A DNA stretch of 64,000 bases, taken from Planctomycetota bacterium. Lineage in GTDB: Bacteria; Planctomycetota; UBA8108; SXIK01. The stretch spans positions 3,392,001-3,456,000 of the forward strand of contig OZ244999.1 of NCBI GenBank assembly GCA_965223265.1, in the 5' to 3' direction. Every line of letters begins with the position of its first letter. Position 1 is the first letter of the stretch. Made by a program: the position numbers and the translations under genes. The notes under the pieces were generated by a model, which saw only the letters and a list, made by a program, of their open reading frames with translations, was not told the DNA's origin and did no database searches. Below, piece by piece: positions 10,501-19,834 of this stretch.

Positions 10501-12237
10501 TACCGCCGTGCGGGCGAAACAGGAGCATTCGTTCTGACCCACCTGCTTGGACAGTCGATCGAAGAGCTGATTCCGAAGATCCAAGCATACCGCGAAGCGA
10601 GGCAGAATCACGGGTACGATCCGTCAACGGGTAGAGTGACCCTTATGCTTCACACCTTCGTTGGCGACAGCGATGCTGAAGCACGCGAGCTGGTCAGGGG
10701 GCCGCTGAAAGAATACCTCGGAAGCTCACTCAACCTGATCAAGAAGTACGCTTGGGCGTTTCCGACTTTCAAGAAACCTCAAGACAGCGAGGCTGCGCCG
10801 GAAGATGAATTCGAAAAACTGACCGACGCGGATCATGAGGCTATTCTCGAGCATGCGTTCGAGCGCTACTACACGTCGAGTGGGCTTCTCGGAGACGTAG
10901 GCCATTGTCTCGATCGCGTCGAAGAGCTAGGTGCTGCGGGGGTTGACGAGATCGCCTGTCTGGTCGACTTCGGCGTTGGTGAGTCCGACGTCCTCAGAGC
11001 ATTGCCGCGACTTGACGCAGTGCGCCAGAGAGGGCAAGCAGGTCGAGCGGATGGCCCAAGTGGCCACTCCTCGATTGCAGATCTGATGCGGCGACATCGC
11101 GTCACGCATTTTCAATGCACACCGTCGATGATCCGCATCCTCATGCAAGACCCCGACGCGCGCGCATCGTTCGGCGGTTTGAAACATCTCTTGCTCGGCG
11201 GCGAAGCGTTTCCCGAGGATCTACTGGGCGAACTGCGGACAGTCGTTGGGGGGCGCATCACGAACATGTACGGTCCGACGGAGACGACGGTGTGGTCGTC
11301 GGTTCACGACGTCGGACCGGACGCTGAACGCGTACCAATCGGGCGCCCGGTCGCCAACACGAAGCTCTACGTCCTCAACGGCGAGTTAGAGCCAGTACCG
11401 GTCGGGGTGCCTGGCGAGCTCTACATTGGGGGAGCCGGCGTGACCCGAGGCTACTTGCACCAACCTGAATTGACCGCGCAGCGTTTTCTAGAGGACCCGT
11501 TCGACACGAACTCGGGACGGATCTACCGAACCGGAGATCTTGTCCGCGTTGGTCCCGACGGGGTCGTCGAGTTTCTCGGCCGCACAGACTATCAAGTAAA
11601 GATCCGCGGGCACCGCGTTGAGCTCGAGGAGATCGAGGCGCAGCTCGGTCGGCACCCAAGCGTGAAGACAGCAGCAGTGGTCATTCGCCAAGTCGGCGCC
11701 GATGACTCCTCGCTTGTTGCCTTCCTGGAGTGTCCTACCACCCCGCCGGCGACGAAAGAACTTCGCACGTTCTTACGCCGGGAGCTTCCGGACTACATGT
11801 GCCCGTCACGATTCGCCTTCGTCGACTCGATGCCCCTAACGACCAACGGGAAAATCGATCGCAAAGGCCTCCCCGACCTCAGCGAGGTAAGAACCGCGAC
11901 CCGCGAGGTGGAACTCGTCGCACCTGCAAACGACACTGAATCAAGTCTAGCGCAGATTTGGCAGGATCTCCTCGAAATCCCAGCTGTGAGCGTGCGCGAG
12001 AACTTCTTCGATCTAGGCGGTAACTCGTTGCTGGTCGTCCGACTCCAGAGGGAGCTGGAGAGTCGACTCGGCCTCAAGTGCTCGCTGACTGACCTGTACC
12101 GCCACCCGACGATTCACTCCTTCGCTGCTTCTCTGGCTGGAGAACCTAGGGAATCTCTCGCGACGGATGCGGGGCGCGGAAAACGTCGCCGAGAGGCGCT
12201 ACAACGACGGCGACGGGGAAAGCAGGGAGCTCAATGA
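7555..12237 (+). CDS. Stand-alone NRPS-like protein: formyltransferase, degenerate C domain, adenylation domain interrupted by a luciferase-like monooxygenase (MupA/Atu3671 type), PCP
   Basis: Formyltransferase 'INFHDGPLPRYAG'; A3 'YTSGSTGSPKG'; A4 'SFDISV'; LLM 'AVWTPERHFHAFGGLYPNP'; A5 'NMYGPTETT'; A7 'YRTGD'; A10 'NGKIDR'; PCP 'FFDLGGNSLL'. No thioesterase. Confidence 0.92.
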   Translation: MPKNEHDAVFVGNDVLLIECARRWRERGHAVSRVVTEAKKVSMWAQAEGISVCTSAEAAWEDRESTDFLFSISYLDVLPREAISLATEGAINFHDGPLPRYAGLNTPVWALINRENKYGITWHLLESQIDAGDIVCQRLFDLEPGDTAVSVNTKCFQAAIDGFEELLDRLERGELERRAQDQTQRSYYRKYQRPPAACVIDWTRSAKEIEALVRALDFGRYRNPVGVAKLVKQGKAFCVRKARIGADENDASPGTVIAVEPAEITVATGDGLLAIQSVSTLEGREVSLDDLATELRLTPGARLDLLSPEMHEELTGYAESLARSEEFWAQRLHELSPLDARALFPERAGGRLTNTSARSLPIAVPRSFAEAFTNLGLAEALSGAIGAYLSRLCNEHEFDIGFVGDALRRQSARFDAFTTPVVPLHFRFAPDQRFDTFMNSLIWELDQVRTHQTWLRDLVSRVSDLHGRVDLTRRSVCPIVISVQEPGETLHLADADLAFAITDDFEACHCIFNSSIFDSAAVVALVARLEAFLAQIASQPDAPISALNLLPDAEREKLICEWNQTEVDVPQDVCVHQLIEEQARKSPSAVAVVVDEREFTYEQLDERANELAAYLAHRGVGPESIVGICLERSIDALVSIIGIHKAGGCYLPLDPSLPRDRIAFVLKDSQASLVLTHEALRSTLPDGEFELVSIDAEWDEIRATEVPPVAALPVGANAAYVTYTSGSTGSPKGVVVEHRNVVNFFVAMDRCIGNDAGGVWLAVTNLSFDISVLELLWTLARGFKIVLYSGSESHRPRKRKTTAASVALSLYYFSSHEGADDRRYRLLHEGAKFADEHGFEAVWTPERHFHAFGGLYPNPAVTSAALATITQRVHLRAGSVVLPLHHPIRVAEDWAVVDNLSGGRVGISFASGWQPADFVLAPENYADAKEIMFRNIELVQRLWRGETVNFPGPKGDVSVRTLPRPTQSELPTWVTTAGNIDTYRRAGETGAFVLTHLLGQSIEELIPKIQAYREARQNHGYDPSTGRVTLMLHTFVGDSDAEARELVRGPLKEYLGSSLNLIKKYAWAFPTFKKPQDSEAAPEDEFEKLTDADHEAILEHAFERYYTSSGLLGDVGHCLDRVEELGAAGVDEIACLVDFGVGESDVLRALPRLDAVRQRGQAGRADGPSGHSSIADLMRRHRVTHFQCTPSMIRILMQDPDARASFGGLKHLLLGGEAFPEDLLGELRTVVGGRITNMYGPTETTVWSSVHDVGPDAERVPIGRPVANTKLYVLNGELEPVPVGVPGELYIGGAGVTRGYLHQPELTAQRFLEDPFDTNSGRIYRTGDLVRVGPDGVVEFLGRTDYQVKIRGHRVELEEIEAQLGRHPSVKTAAVVIRQVGADDSSLVAFLECPTTPPATKELRTFLRRELPDYMCPSRFAFVDSMPLTTNGKIDRKGLPDLSEVRTATREVELVAPANDTESSLAQIWQDLLEIPAVSVRENFFDLGGNSLLVVRLQRELESRLGLKCSLTDLYRHPTIHSFAASLAGEPRESLATDAGRGKRRREALQRRRRGKQGAQ

Positions 12238-12923
12238 CCACTGAGGCGCAACACGCTGCAGCGTCGGCGCCGTTGCAGCCCAGCGCGATCGCGCCTCTGT
12301 TCCCCGCAGGTGTGATCGTTGAGACCGAACTGGCTTGCTGTGACCCGGTCCGCGCCGCTTCGAAGCGCCAGGCGGCACGAAACTCTCGCGCGGCAGAGCG
12401 CGACGCCGGACGACGCGCTGCACTGCGGGCGCTACGTCGTCTCGGATGCCATGAGGGTGCGCTCGACTCTCAGGCCAATGGTGCACCGGTGTGGCCGCGG
12501 GGATTCGTAGGCAGCATTTCGCACACTGTCGGTCAATGCATCTCGATTGTCGCGCGGCGTGACGATTTCGTCTCGGTCGGCGTCGACATCGAGCCCTTTA
12601 TCGGTATACCGCCAGATCTCTGGAGCACGATTTGCACGCCAGCTGAACTCGATTGGTTGCGCTACGGTCGCAACGACCAGGAAGATTTGGCGCGCCTGAT
12701 TTTCTCCGCGAAGGAGAGTGTCTATAAGTGCCAATTTCCCGAGACCGACAGATTCCTGGAGTTTACAGACGTCAGGCTCTGTCTCGATCTGTGCAGCCAT
12801 CACTTTTCTGTAGGACAAACGAGTGACACGACGCTGGACCAGGTTTTGCTGCGCATCTTGGGGAGCTGGGCCGTGGCCGACTCTTGGCTTGTCACTTTCG
12901 CAGCCCTTCCGGAGCCGCGGTAG
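12234..12923 (+). CDS. 4'-phosphopantetheinyl transferase (EntD/Sfp-like)
   Basis: Motifs 'PVWPRGFVGSISHT', 'VGVDIE' and 'FSAKESVYK'. ATGA overlap with the NRPS stop. Confidence 0.93.
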   Translation: MTTEAQHAAASAPLQPSAIAPLFPAGVIVETELACCDPVRAASKRQAARNSRAAERDAGRRAALRALRRLGCHEGALDSQANGAPVWPRGFVGSISHTVGQCISIVARRDDFVSVGVDIEPFIGIPPDLWSTICTPAELDWLRYGRNDQEDLARLIFSAKESVYKCQFPETDRFLEFTDVRLCLDLCSHHFSVGQTSDTTLDQVLLRILGSWAVADSWLVTFAALPEPR

Positions 12924-13228
12924 GTCGAAGACGCATTGATCAACTGAATTTGGGGCGCGAGCAGAAGCCACAGCGACCGTCGTTTATGGGTTCATCGGCC
13001 GCTTTCTCGTCGTCCTACCATTGGGCTAATTTTTTCACGCCCTCATTCCGACGACCAGAGAGAGGACCACGTGTCCGCTGCGCATCGACTCCCCGTGTTG
13101 ACACCTGGAGCTGTTCGGCTTAGATGTACTCGCCCCTAGCGAACGAGGAGACGTTTGCCGCTAGGTTCAGTCCATACGGCGGATGCGCAACTGTAGGGAA
13201 TCGCATCGAGCTTAGAAGGCAATCGCTG

Positions 13229-14113
13229 ATGAAGAGTCTGCGCAGCGTTTATTTGCTAGGTGGATCAGTACGGCGTTCGCCTCTGACCGCAGCTCTCGGA
13301 CGCTCGGCGATCGATCTTCCTATCGACCCTGACCGCAGCGTGCTCGGCGCTTGGCAGAGTCACGTTGGAGATCTCGCGCAGCGCAATGGAAGTGATTCGC
13401 TTGCACTTCGAGTGATCCTGGACCGCACTGCCCCAGAACCGGCCCCACGACAATCTCCTTTTGGCGTCGAGCTTTCAATCGAGCGCGACCCGATTGAGTT
13501 TCGCGGCACCGCCGGCGTGCTGAAAGACGTCACCTCCGAACTCTCCGACGATGAGCTCATCTTGGTTGGTAACGCCTCGCAACTGCTTTTGCGGCCCCTG
13601 GCGACGTTGGTGGACGCTTTGGCTGACGAGGCAGCCGACTTCGTCGCTTTGTCGCACGCCGACGGCACACCAAGCGGGCTGATGCTGCTGCGGCGCGCCT
13701 GTCTGACGCTCATCCCCGACATCGGATTTATCGACATGAAGGAACAGGCGATCCCAATGATCGCAAAGGATTTCACGGTTCGCATCATCGAACACCCTGA
13801 ACGAACAGGTGTCCCCATGCGGACCTGTGCAGAGTACGTCTCGGCACTACAGTTCTATCACCGGCGCAATGTCGGTAGTGCCGCTGAGAACGATCCCTTC
13901 GCGGAGGAGTGGCGTTCGTCATTCGCGATCGTTGAGAAGGGAGCCGAGGTAGGTCAAGACGTGGTCATTCATGACTCTGTGGTGCTGGCCGGCGCGCGCG
14001 TTGAGGAACAGGCCTTTCTTGTCCGCTCCATTGTTGGTTCAATGGGAACCATTCGTGGCCATCAAACGGTGGTGAATCAGGTTGTTTCCGCCGGGGTCAG
14101 AGAATCGCTGTGA
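13229..14113 (+). CDS. Degenerate sugar-phosphate nucleotidyltransferase-like protein with C-terminal hexapeptide repeats
   Basis: 'VYLLGGSVRRSPL' is a degenerate version of the GGxGTRLxPLT motif. Also 'GTAGVLK' and a beta-helix-like tail 'VEKGAEVGQDVVIHDSVVLAGARV'. Confidence 0.65.
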   Translation: MKSLRSVYLLGGSVRRSPLTAALGRSAIDLPIDPDRSVLGAWQSHVGDLAQRNGSDSLALRVILDRTAPEPAPRQSPFGVELSIERDPIEFRGTAGVLKDVTSELSDDELILVGNASQLLLRPLATLVDALADEAADFVALSHADGTPSGLMLLRRACLTLIPDIGFIDMKEQAIPMIAKDFTVRIIEHPERTGVPMRTCAEYVSALQFYHRRNVGSAAENDPFAEEWRSSFAIVEKGAEVGQDVVIHDSVVLAGARVEEQAFLVRSIVGSMGTIRGHQTVVNQVVSAGVRESL

Positions 14114-14123
14114 GTCAGAGTGA

Positions 14124-15647
14124 TTGGAGGCTCGCCGAAAGTTGCCTGAAATGCAGGTGTTAGACCAAAACACGTCGACGGATCTCGCGCCCCCGACGTT
14201 GTGGGGGTTACCACCAGTGCAACTTCACGACAGCTTTTGGGCCGCTGCCGGTGTCCAGGTCGTACGGCGCGACGAGGAGCTGGACATCGACCAGAACGCT
14301 GGGCTCTATCTCCTTTGCGACTCCAACATGCTCGTCCTGTTCGAGCTGCCCCGTATCAGCCATGCCTTCAGCAGTGGCCGCACGAAAGCGATCATCTTCC
14401 GCGTCGCGGATCGCTTCGACGAAGGATACCGAGAAATCGCCGTCACTACGGACAACGAACGGAGTGTCCGATTCGAGCGGGTCTATCGCAATAGTGCACC
14501 ACGGATTTCTCGCTTGATTCTAACGACGGACCCCAAGATCGCGACCGAGTGGTGTACGACCGCCGAGGCGAGGTCCAGCTGGCGACTGATGTTCGAGTTG
14601 ATATCTCCAGTCTCGCGCACGGTCTCGACCGAGGATGGAAGGATTTTCGATCTCGAGTCAGAAAGAGAAGTGATGGACTTTGTGCGCGAGCTGCTCACGC
14701 GGTGGAAGTCACCGAACAGCGTCATCGATCGTGTGCGGGAGATTCGCTCGGGGGTGTGGGTCGACCATGATGCGGTGATCGCGGACAACGCAAGGCTTGT
14801 GGGGCCGCTCTGGGTTGGATCGGGTAGAGAGATCGATTCGCGCACGACCGCAGCCGGACCAGCCGTGATGTGGGACGCGCCGGATGCGAGGCCGAGCACC
14901 AACGGATTCTCGATCGCGCGGCTCAATGGTGCGATGGTGCGTGGATCGTCGCCGCGTCGATCGCGGTGTTGCCCGAAGACTTACTTCGGCAAACGCACGC
15001 TCGACATCATGATTTCGCTCGTCGCATTGGCGATCACGTTGCCATTCTATCCGTTGATTATGCTGGTCATTTGGTTGGATGACCGACGTCCGTTTTTTTT
15101 CGCGCATCAACGTGAGACGGTCGGTGGGACCGACTTTCCGTGCATCAAGTTTCGCACGATGCGGCGCGACGCAGAAAAACTCGCAGAGAAATTTGCCGCA
15201 CAGAATCAAGCCGACGGCCCTCAGGTCAATATCAAAGACGACCCTCGCTTGCTCCGCGTCGGCTCATTCCTTCGCAAAGCGAACATCGATGAACTGCCGC
15301 AATTCTTCAACGTGCTTCTCGGTCATATGTCCGTCGTCGGGCCGCGGCCGAGCCCCTTCAAAGAGAATCAGTTCTGCCCACCCTGGCGCGAGGGACGTCT
15401 GAGCGTCAGGCCTGGCATCACGGGACTTTGGCAAGTGTGTCGAACGCGTGAACCAGGAATCGACTTTCAGGAGTGGGTACGCTACGACCTCGAGTACGTC
15501 GAAAAGATGTCGCTGAAGCTCGACCTATGGATCCTCTGCCGTACCGTGGTCACCATCATTCGTCCGATCCTCCAAAAGCTGAAATCGAAGTCAAAGCGTG
15601 CGGCCGCAGACAGCGACGAGCAGACGCCTCGGAATCCAGAGTCGTGA
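14124..15647 (+). CDS. Priming (initiating) sugar transferase with a long N-terminal extension
   Basis: C-terminal bacterial sugar transferase motifs 'KRTLDI', 'KFRTM', 'DELPQFFNVLLGHMSVVGPRP', 'RPGITGLWQV' and 'DLEYV'. Confidence 0.9.
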   Translation: MEARRKLPEMQVLDQNTSTDLAPPTLWGLPPVQLHDSFWAAAGVQVVRRDEELDIDQNAGLYLLCDSNMLVLFELPRISHAFSSGRTKAIIFRVADRFDEGYREIAVTTDNERSVRFERVYRNSAPRISRLILTTDPKIATEWCTTAEARSSWRLMFELISPVSRTVSTEDGRIFDLESEREVMDFVRELLTRWKSPNSVIDRVREIRSGVWVDHDAVIADNARLVGPLWVGSGREIDSRTTAAGPAVMWDAPDARPSTNGFSIARLNGAMVRGSSPRRSRCCPKTYFGKRTLDIMISLVALAITLPFYPLIMLVIWLDDRRPFFFAHQRETVGGTDFPCIKFRTMRRDAEKLAEKFAAQNQADGPQVNIKDDPRLLRVGSFLRKANIDELPQFFNVLLGHMSVVGPRPSPFKENQFCPPWREGRLSVRPGITGLWQVCRTREPGIDFQEWVRYDLEYVEKMSLKLDLWILCRTVVTIIRPILQKLKSKSKRAAADSDEQTPRNPES

Positions 15648-15662
15648 CTTCGATTCGCGGCT

Positions 15663-17174
15663 CTATAAAAGCTCTTGAATGACTTCGCCTTCGGCGTCGG
15701 TGAGCCGCTCCTGGCGACCGTTATGGAGAACCGTCAGGTCGAAATGGTCGAGGCCCAGGAGGTGAAGAATCGTAGCGTGGAGATCGTTGACGTGGCAGCG
15801 ATGTTCGACGGCGCGCAGGCCAAGCTCGTCGGTCGCACCGACAATGCGTCCTCCCTGGACTCCTCCGCCCGCCATCCAGAAGCTGAATCCGAATGGGTTG
15901 TGATCGCGTCCATACTTTCCCTGAGACATGGGAGTGCGTCCGAACTCCCCGCCCCAGACGACCAGCGTCGAGTCGAGCAGGCCGCGCTGACGTAGATCTT
16001 TGAGCAAGGCTGCGACGGGCTGGTCGGACTGACGCGCCATGCGCTTGTGGTTTTCTTCCACATTGCCGTGTGCATCCCAGGTCAAATTGCCGGGCCCGCC
16101 GCCGTGATAAAGCTGCACGAAACGGACGCCGCGCTCGACGAGGCGACGGGCAAGAAGACACCGTCGTCCGAATTCGGCGGTTGTCGCGTTCTCGAGCCCA
16201 TAGAGCTCGCGGGTGGCTTGTGGCTCCCGCGTCAAATCGACGGCTTCCGGTGCGTGAGCTTGCATGCGAAACGCCAGCTCATAGGCCGCCGCTCGCGCAT
16301 CGAGCTCGTCGTCGACTCCGTTTCTCTGGAGATCATTCAGCTCCCGAAGTAGGTCCAGGCTGCGACGCTGTTGCGAGCGGCTTCGATTGCCGGCTGGTTT
16401 GAGGTCGAAAATTGGATGGTCGCCGGGGTGCAGAATCGTGCCCTGATAAACAGCGGGCAAAAATCCTGAGCTCCAGCAAGGCGGACCGCCAGTGAGCGGA
16501 CCGTCCGGGTCGAGCATGACTACGAACGCCGGCAGGTTTTGCGATTCGCTGCCGAGACCGTAGAGCACCCACGAGCCAAGACTGGGGAATCCCATGAGTG
16601 TGCGTCCGCTGTTCATCTGGTACATCGCGGGCGCGTGCGTGACGCTGTCGGCGTGGCAGGAGCGAATCACGGAGATGTCATCCACGCACGTCGACAGATG
16701 CGGAAACAGGTCTGAGACTTCGATGCCGGAGTTGCCGCAGCGGGAAAAGCTGCGGTGACAACGGAGCAGGAGAGATTTCTCGGTCGTCCGCTGCGTCATG
16801 ACGTTCCCGAAGCTTGGCGGCAACGGTTGACCATGAAGACGACCCAGGAGCGGCTTGGGGTCAAACGTCTCCATTTGGCTCGGCCCGCCAACCATAAACA
16901 GAAAAATCACGGACTTGGCCTGCGGCGCGAAGTCAGCTGATTTCGGTGCCAACGGAGCCGCCGCTGAGTCGTTGCGGTTGGACCCGCCTCGCTGCTTGGC
17001 CTCTAGGACACCTTCTTCAGCCAGCAAAGAAGCCAAAGCGATGGAGCCGAAACCCATACCGCTTTCAGTCAAGAAGCGGCGACGAGAGGTCGTACGACCC
17101 GGGCCAAGGCAGCGTTGAAGAGGACTCATGGAGTGATGCGACGTTGGCATGGACATTCTGCTCAATGGATCCAA
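15663..17174 (-). CDS. DUF1501 family protein
   Basis: 'SRRRFL', '[16 protein letters not shown]', '[13 protein letters not shown]' and 'WGGEFGRTP...GRDH'. Confidence 0.93.
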   Translation of the reverse strand: MDPLSRMSMPTSHHSMSPLQRCLGPGRTTSRRRFLTESGMGFGSIALASLLAEEGVLEAKQRGGSNRNDSAAAPLAPKSADFAPQAKSVIFLFMVGGPSQMETFDPKPLLGRLHGQPLPPSFGNVMTQRTTEKSLLLRCHRSFSRCGNSGIEVSDLFPHLSTCVDDISVIRSCHADSVTHAPAMYQMNSGRTLMGFPSLGSWVLYGLGSESQNLPAFVVMLDPDGPLTGGPPCWSSGFLPAVYQGTILHPGDHPIFDLKPAGNRSRSQQRRSLDLLRELNDLQRNGVDDELDARAAAYELAFRMQAHAPEAVDLTREPQATRELYGLENATTAEFGRRCLLARRLVERGVRFVQLYHGGGPGNLTWDAHGNVEENHKRMARQSDQPVAALLKDLRQRGLLDSTLVVWGGEFGRTPMSQGKYGRDHNPFGFSFWMAGGGVQGGRIVGATDELGLRAVEHRCHVNDLHATILHLLGLDHFDLTVLHNGRQERLTDAEGEVIQELL

Positions 17175-19522
17175 ACGAACTCATCCAGATTGAACATGAC
17201 GAGGCAAAAATCCGCCAGGGCTTCGGTGTCGAAAGGCCCTGCGGCGGGGTGCGTGGTGGGGGCCGTGGTGAACGTGTTCGGCGCACTCGCGAGTGGGGCG
17301 TTTGCGTGCCGTTTTTCGTTCTTCAGAGATTCGGTGTGCCGCCGGAGGAACTCGACGCTTGCTTGCCGCTCCGCAACCGTTGGCGATCGCCCGAACGCTA
17401 GGGTATACGCACGTTCGACCCACCTGGCGGCTTCACCGGCGTTCCCTTCGTCCAGCAATCGCGCGGCGAAGGCGCGCGATGCGTTGTGTATGAATTCGCT
17501 GTTGAGAAGATTGAGCGCTTGGCCGACGTGTGTGCTGCGCGAACGCTCGCCACACGAGACGACCGTGTCCGGGGCGTCAAAAACGGTGAAGATCGTCGGT
17601 CTCAGGTTGCGTTTAACGAAAAGGTAGACACTGCGCCTCGCGTGGTCGCGGGGGTCGGCGTTAGGGATCCATTTACCCTTGTACATCTGCGACTCGAGTT
17701 CCCTCCCGAGAGGCGTTCGCACGCCCGGGCCGCCTCGGCGGCGCTGGAGTTTGCCCGAAACGGCAAGCACTGCATCGCGGAGCGGTTCTGCCTCGAGACG
17801 TTTGCGGCGGGCCCGCCAAAGAAGGCTGTTCTCTGGATCGACGTCACGGGCCGCAGGTCGGTCCACGCTGGCTTGCTGGTAGACCGACGACAGCAGGAGG
17901 AGACGCTGCAGGTGCTTGAGGCTCCAACCAGATTCGACCAGCTCCACCGCAAGCCAATCGAGAAGCTCCGGGTGAGACGGCGCCGCTCCGTGACCGCCGA
18001 AATCGTTCGGTGTTGTCACAAGTCCGGCGCCGAAGAGGTGCTGCCACATGCGGTTGACCATGACGCGCGCGGTGAGTGGATTCTCAGGCGACGTGAGCCA
18101 CTGCGACAGCCACGTGCGACGTCCCGTGGAGCGTGAATCTCCCGACGGTGCCGGTTGCAGCCTTGCCGGTGGCTGCGCCGGTGGCGACAGCGACGAGGGA
18201 ACTCCGGGGCCGACTTGCACGCCGTGATCTCCCGGAACGCCTCGGACCAGGACAAAGGTGGCCGGAGCCTTCGGTGCTCCCTCAGTGACCGACATGAGGG
18301 CCGGTGGAGGCGTCGGTCTCTGCAGCACGTGGGCATCCATTAGCCCAACGAGCCGTTGGTGCCTGGCGGCGGCATCGTCCGTGAGCGCGTCGGCAAGCTC
18401 AAGGCGCGTAATCGACAGCGAAGTGGCTGCTTCTACCGCCAGCTGCTCCTCCAGCTCGGTGCGCTCGCCCTCCGGTTGCTCGAGGGCGCGCTGCATCGCC
18501 ACCGGCAGGGCGGAGCGTTTCACGTCCATCAATCGCTCGCGAAACGGCTCTTCGAGTTCCTTTAATCGCTCCGTCAGGCGGTCATTTTCGGCCTGCCACA
18601 CTTCCATCGCGGCGTCGTGTGCGGCGAGAACGTCCGGCGGCGCAAGTGAGATATCGCGTGGCTGTGTGGCGGCGAAGAACGCCTGCAAGCGATAGTAGTC
18701 ATCTTGCGACACCGGGTCGAAACGGTGATCGTGGCACTTCGCGCAGCCAATCGTCAGGCCGAGAAACGCCGTGCCGACCATGTCGGTCATCTCGACGAGC
18801 AGCTCCTGGCGATTCTTCGCTTCATCCTGCATGCCACCATTGAGGCGTAGAGGGCCGAGACGGTGAACACCTACCGCGGTGAGGGCTGCGGGATCCTCCG
18901 GCGCGATTTCGTCACCGGCAATCTGCAATTGAACGAACTCGTCATACGGCAGATCCGTCACCAAGGCATCAATCACCCAATCGCGGTATCTCCAAGCGTG
19001 TGGGCGTGGATCGTCGTACTCAAAACCGTCACTGTCGGCATAGCGCACGACGTCGAACCAGTGCTGTCCCCAACGCTCGCCATAGGCCGCACTGGCGAGA
19101 AGCCGATCGACGACCTTCGTAAAAGCATCGGGGGACTCGTCAGCGACGAAGTCCGCGATCTCCGCCGGAGTTGGCGGCAGGCCGGTGAGGTCGAACGTGA
19201 CGCGGCGCAGAAGAGCACGGCGGCCCGCGCGTGGTGACATAGTGAGACCTTTGGCGTGCAGACCTGCAGCCACGAAAGCGTCGACCGGCGTGCGGACGCT
19301 CGCGCCGTCGATCTCCGGCACGGCCGGCCGCTGGGGCGGCTGGAAGGACCAAAGCGTCCCCGCGTGCGCGGTCGTCTCCGTTTCTGGGTTTGCGACGGCC
19401 TCCAGCCCCGGCATCAGCACGGTACTGAGCGCAGCGAACGCCAGGGCGCGCAGAACGGCAGACAGTTTTCGTGATGCGAAGCCTTGCCCACGAGGCAGGC
19501 TTTTCCGCTGCTGCGACGTCAC
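17162..19522 (-). CDS. DUF1549/DUF1553 (PSD1-type) planctomycete protein
   Basis: '[13 protein letters not shown]', '[18 protein letters not shown]', CxxCH in 'CAKCHDH' and '[11 protein letters not shown]'. Confidence 0.93.
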   Translation of the reverse strand: MTSQQRKSLPRGQGFASRKLSAVLRALAFAALSTVLMPGLEAVANPETETTAHAGTLWSFQPPQRPAVPEIDGASVRTPVDAFVAAGLHAKGLTMSPRAGRRALLRRVTFDLTGLPPTPAEIADFVADESPDAFTKVVDRLLASAAYGERWGQHWFDVVRYADSDGFEYDDPRPHAWRYRDWVIDALVTDLPYDEFVQLQIAGDEIAPEDPAALTAVGVHRLGPLRLNGGMQDEAKNRQELLVEMTDMVGTAFLGLTIGCAKCHDHRFDPVSQDDYYRLQAFFAATQPRDISLAPPDVLAAHDAAMEVWQAENDRLTERLKELEEPFRERLMDVKRSALPVAMQRALEQPEGERTELEEQLAVEAATSLSITRLELADALTDDAAARHQRLVGLMDAHVLQRPTPPPALMSVTEGAPKAPATFVLVRGVPGDHGVQVGPGVPSSLSPPAQPPARLQPAPSGDSRSTGRRTWLSQWLTSPENPLTARVMVNRMWQHLFGAGLVTTPNDFGGHGAAPSHPELLDWLAVELVESGWSLKHLQRLLLLSSVYQQASVDRPAARDVDPENSLLWRARRKRLEAEPLRDAVLAVSGKLQRRRGGPGVRTPLGRELESQMYKGKWIPNADPRDHARRSVYLFVKRNLRPTIFTVFDAPDTVVSCGERSRSTHVGQALNLLNSEFIHNASRAFAARLLDEGNAGEAARWVERAYTLAFGRSPTVAERQASVEFLRRHTESLKNEKRHANAPLASAPNTFTTAPTTHPAAGPFDTEALADFCLVMFNLDEFVWIH

Positions 19523-19834
19523 AGTCGGCGACCTCTCAATCGATCTTCACCGTAGACTCGAAACCATCACCGAGCGGCCGGGCGGTCGTCCTTCGCACCA
19601 CACCGCTGCTCCCATTGAACCAAACCGGCGCATCGAGTCGCAACGTCTTTCCCGGGCGCGAGTAAGAGTCGCTGACTCGTCGGCGCCGGCGCGCTTGCCG
19701 CTGCGGCCACGAGCGGCCTGTTAAAACGCGCGTTTCGGGCGACTTTGGGCCGAGGACGGCGGCCGTAGGGTAGGAGCGCTCGAGCGAATCTCTGAGGCCT
19801 GCGTCTCAGAAGGTTCTCAGCTCCAGCGTGGCTT

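Noticed and set aside
13098-13126. TTGACA-N17-TAGATG promoter before the nucleotidyltransferase-like gene
   Set aside because: The -35 is perfect but the -10 lacks the conserved final T, so support is insufficient.
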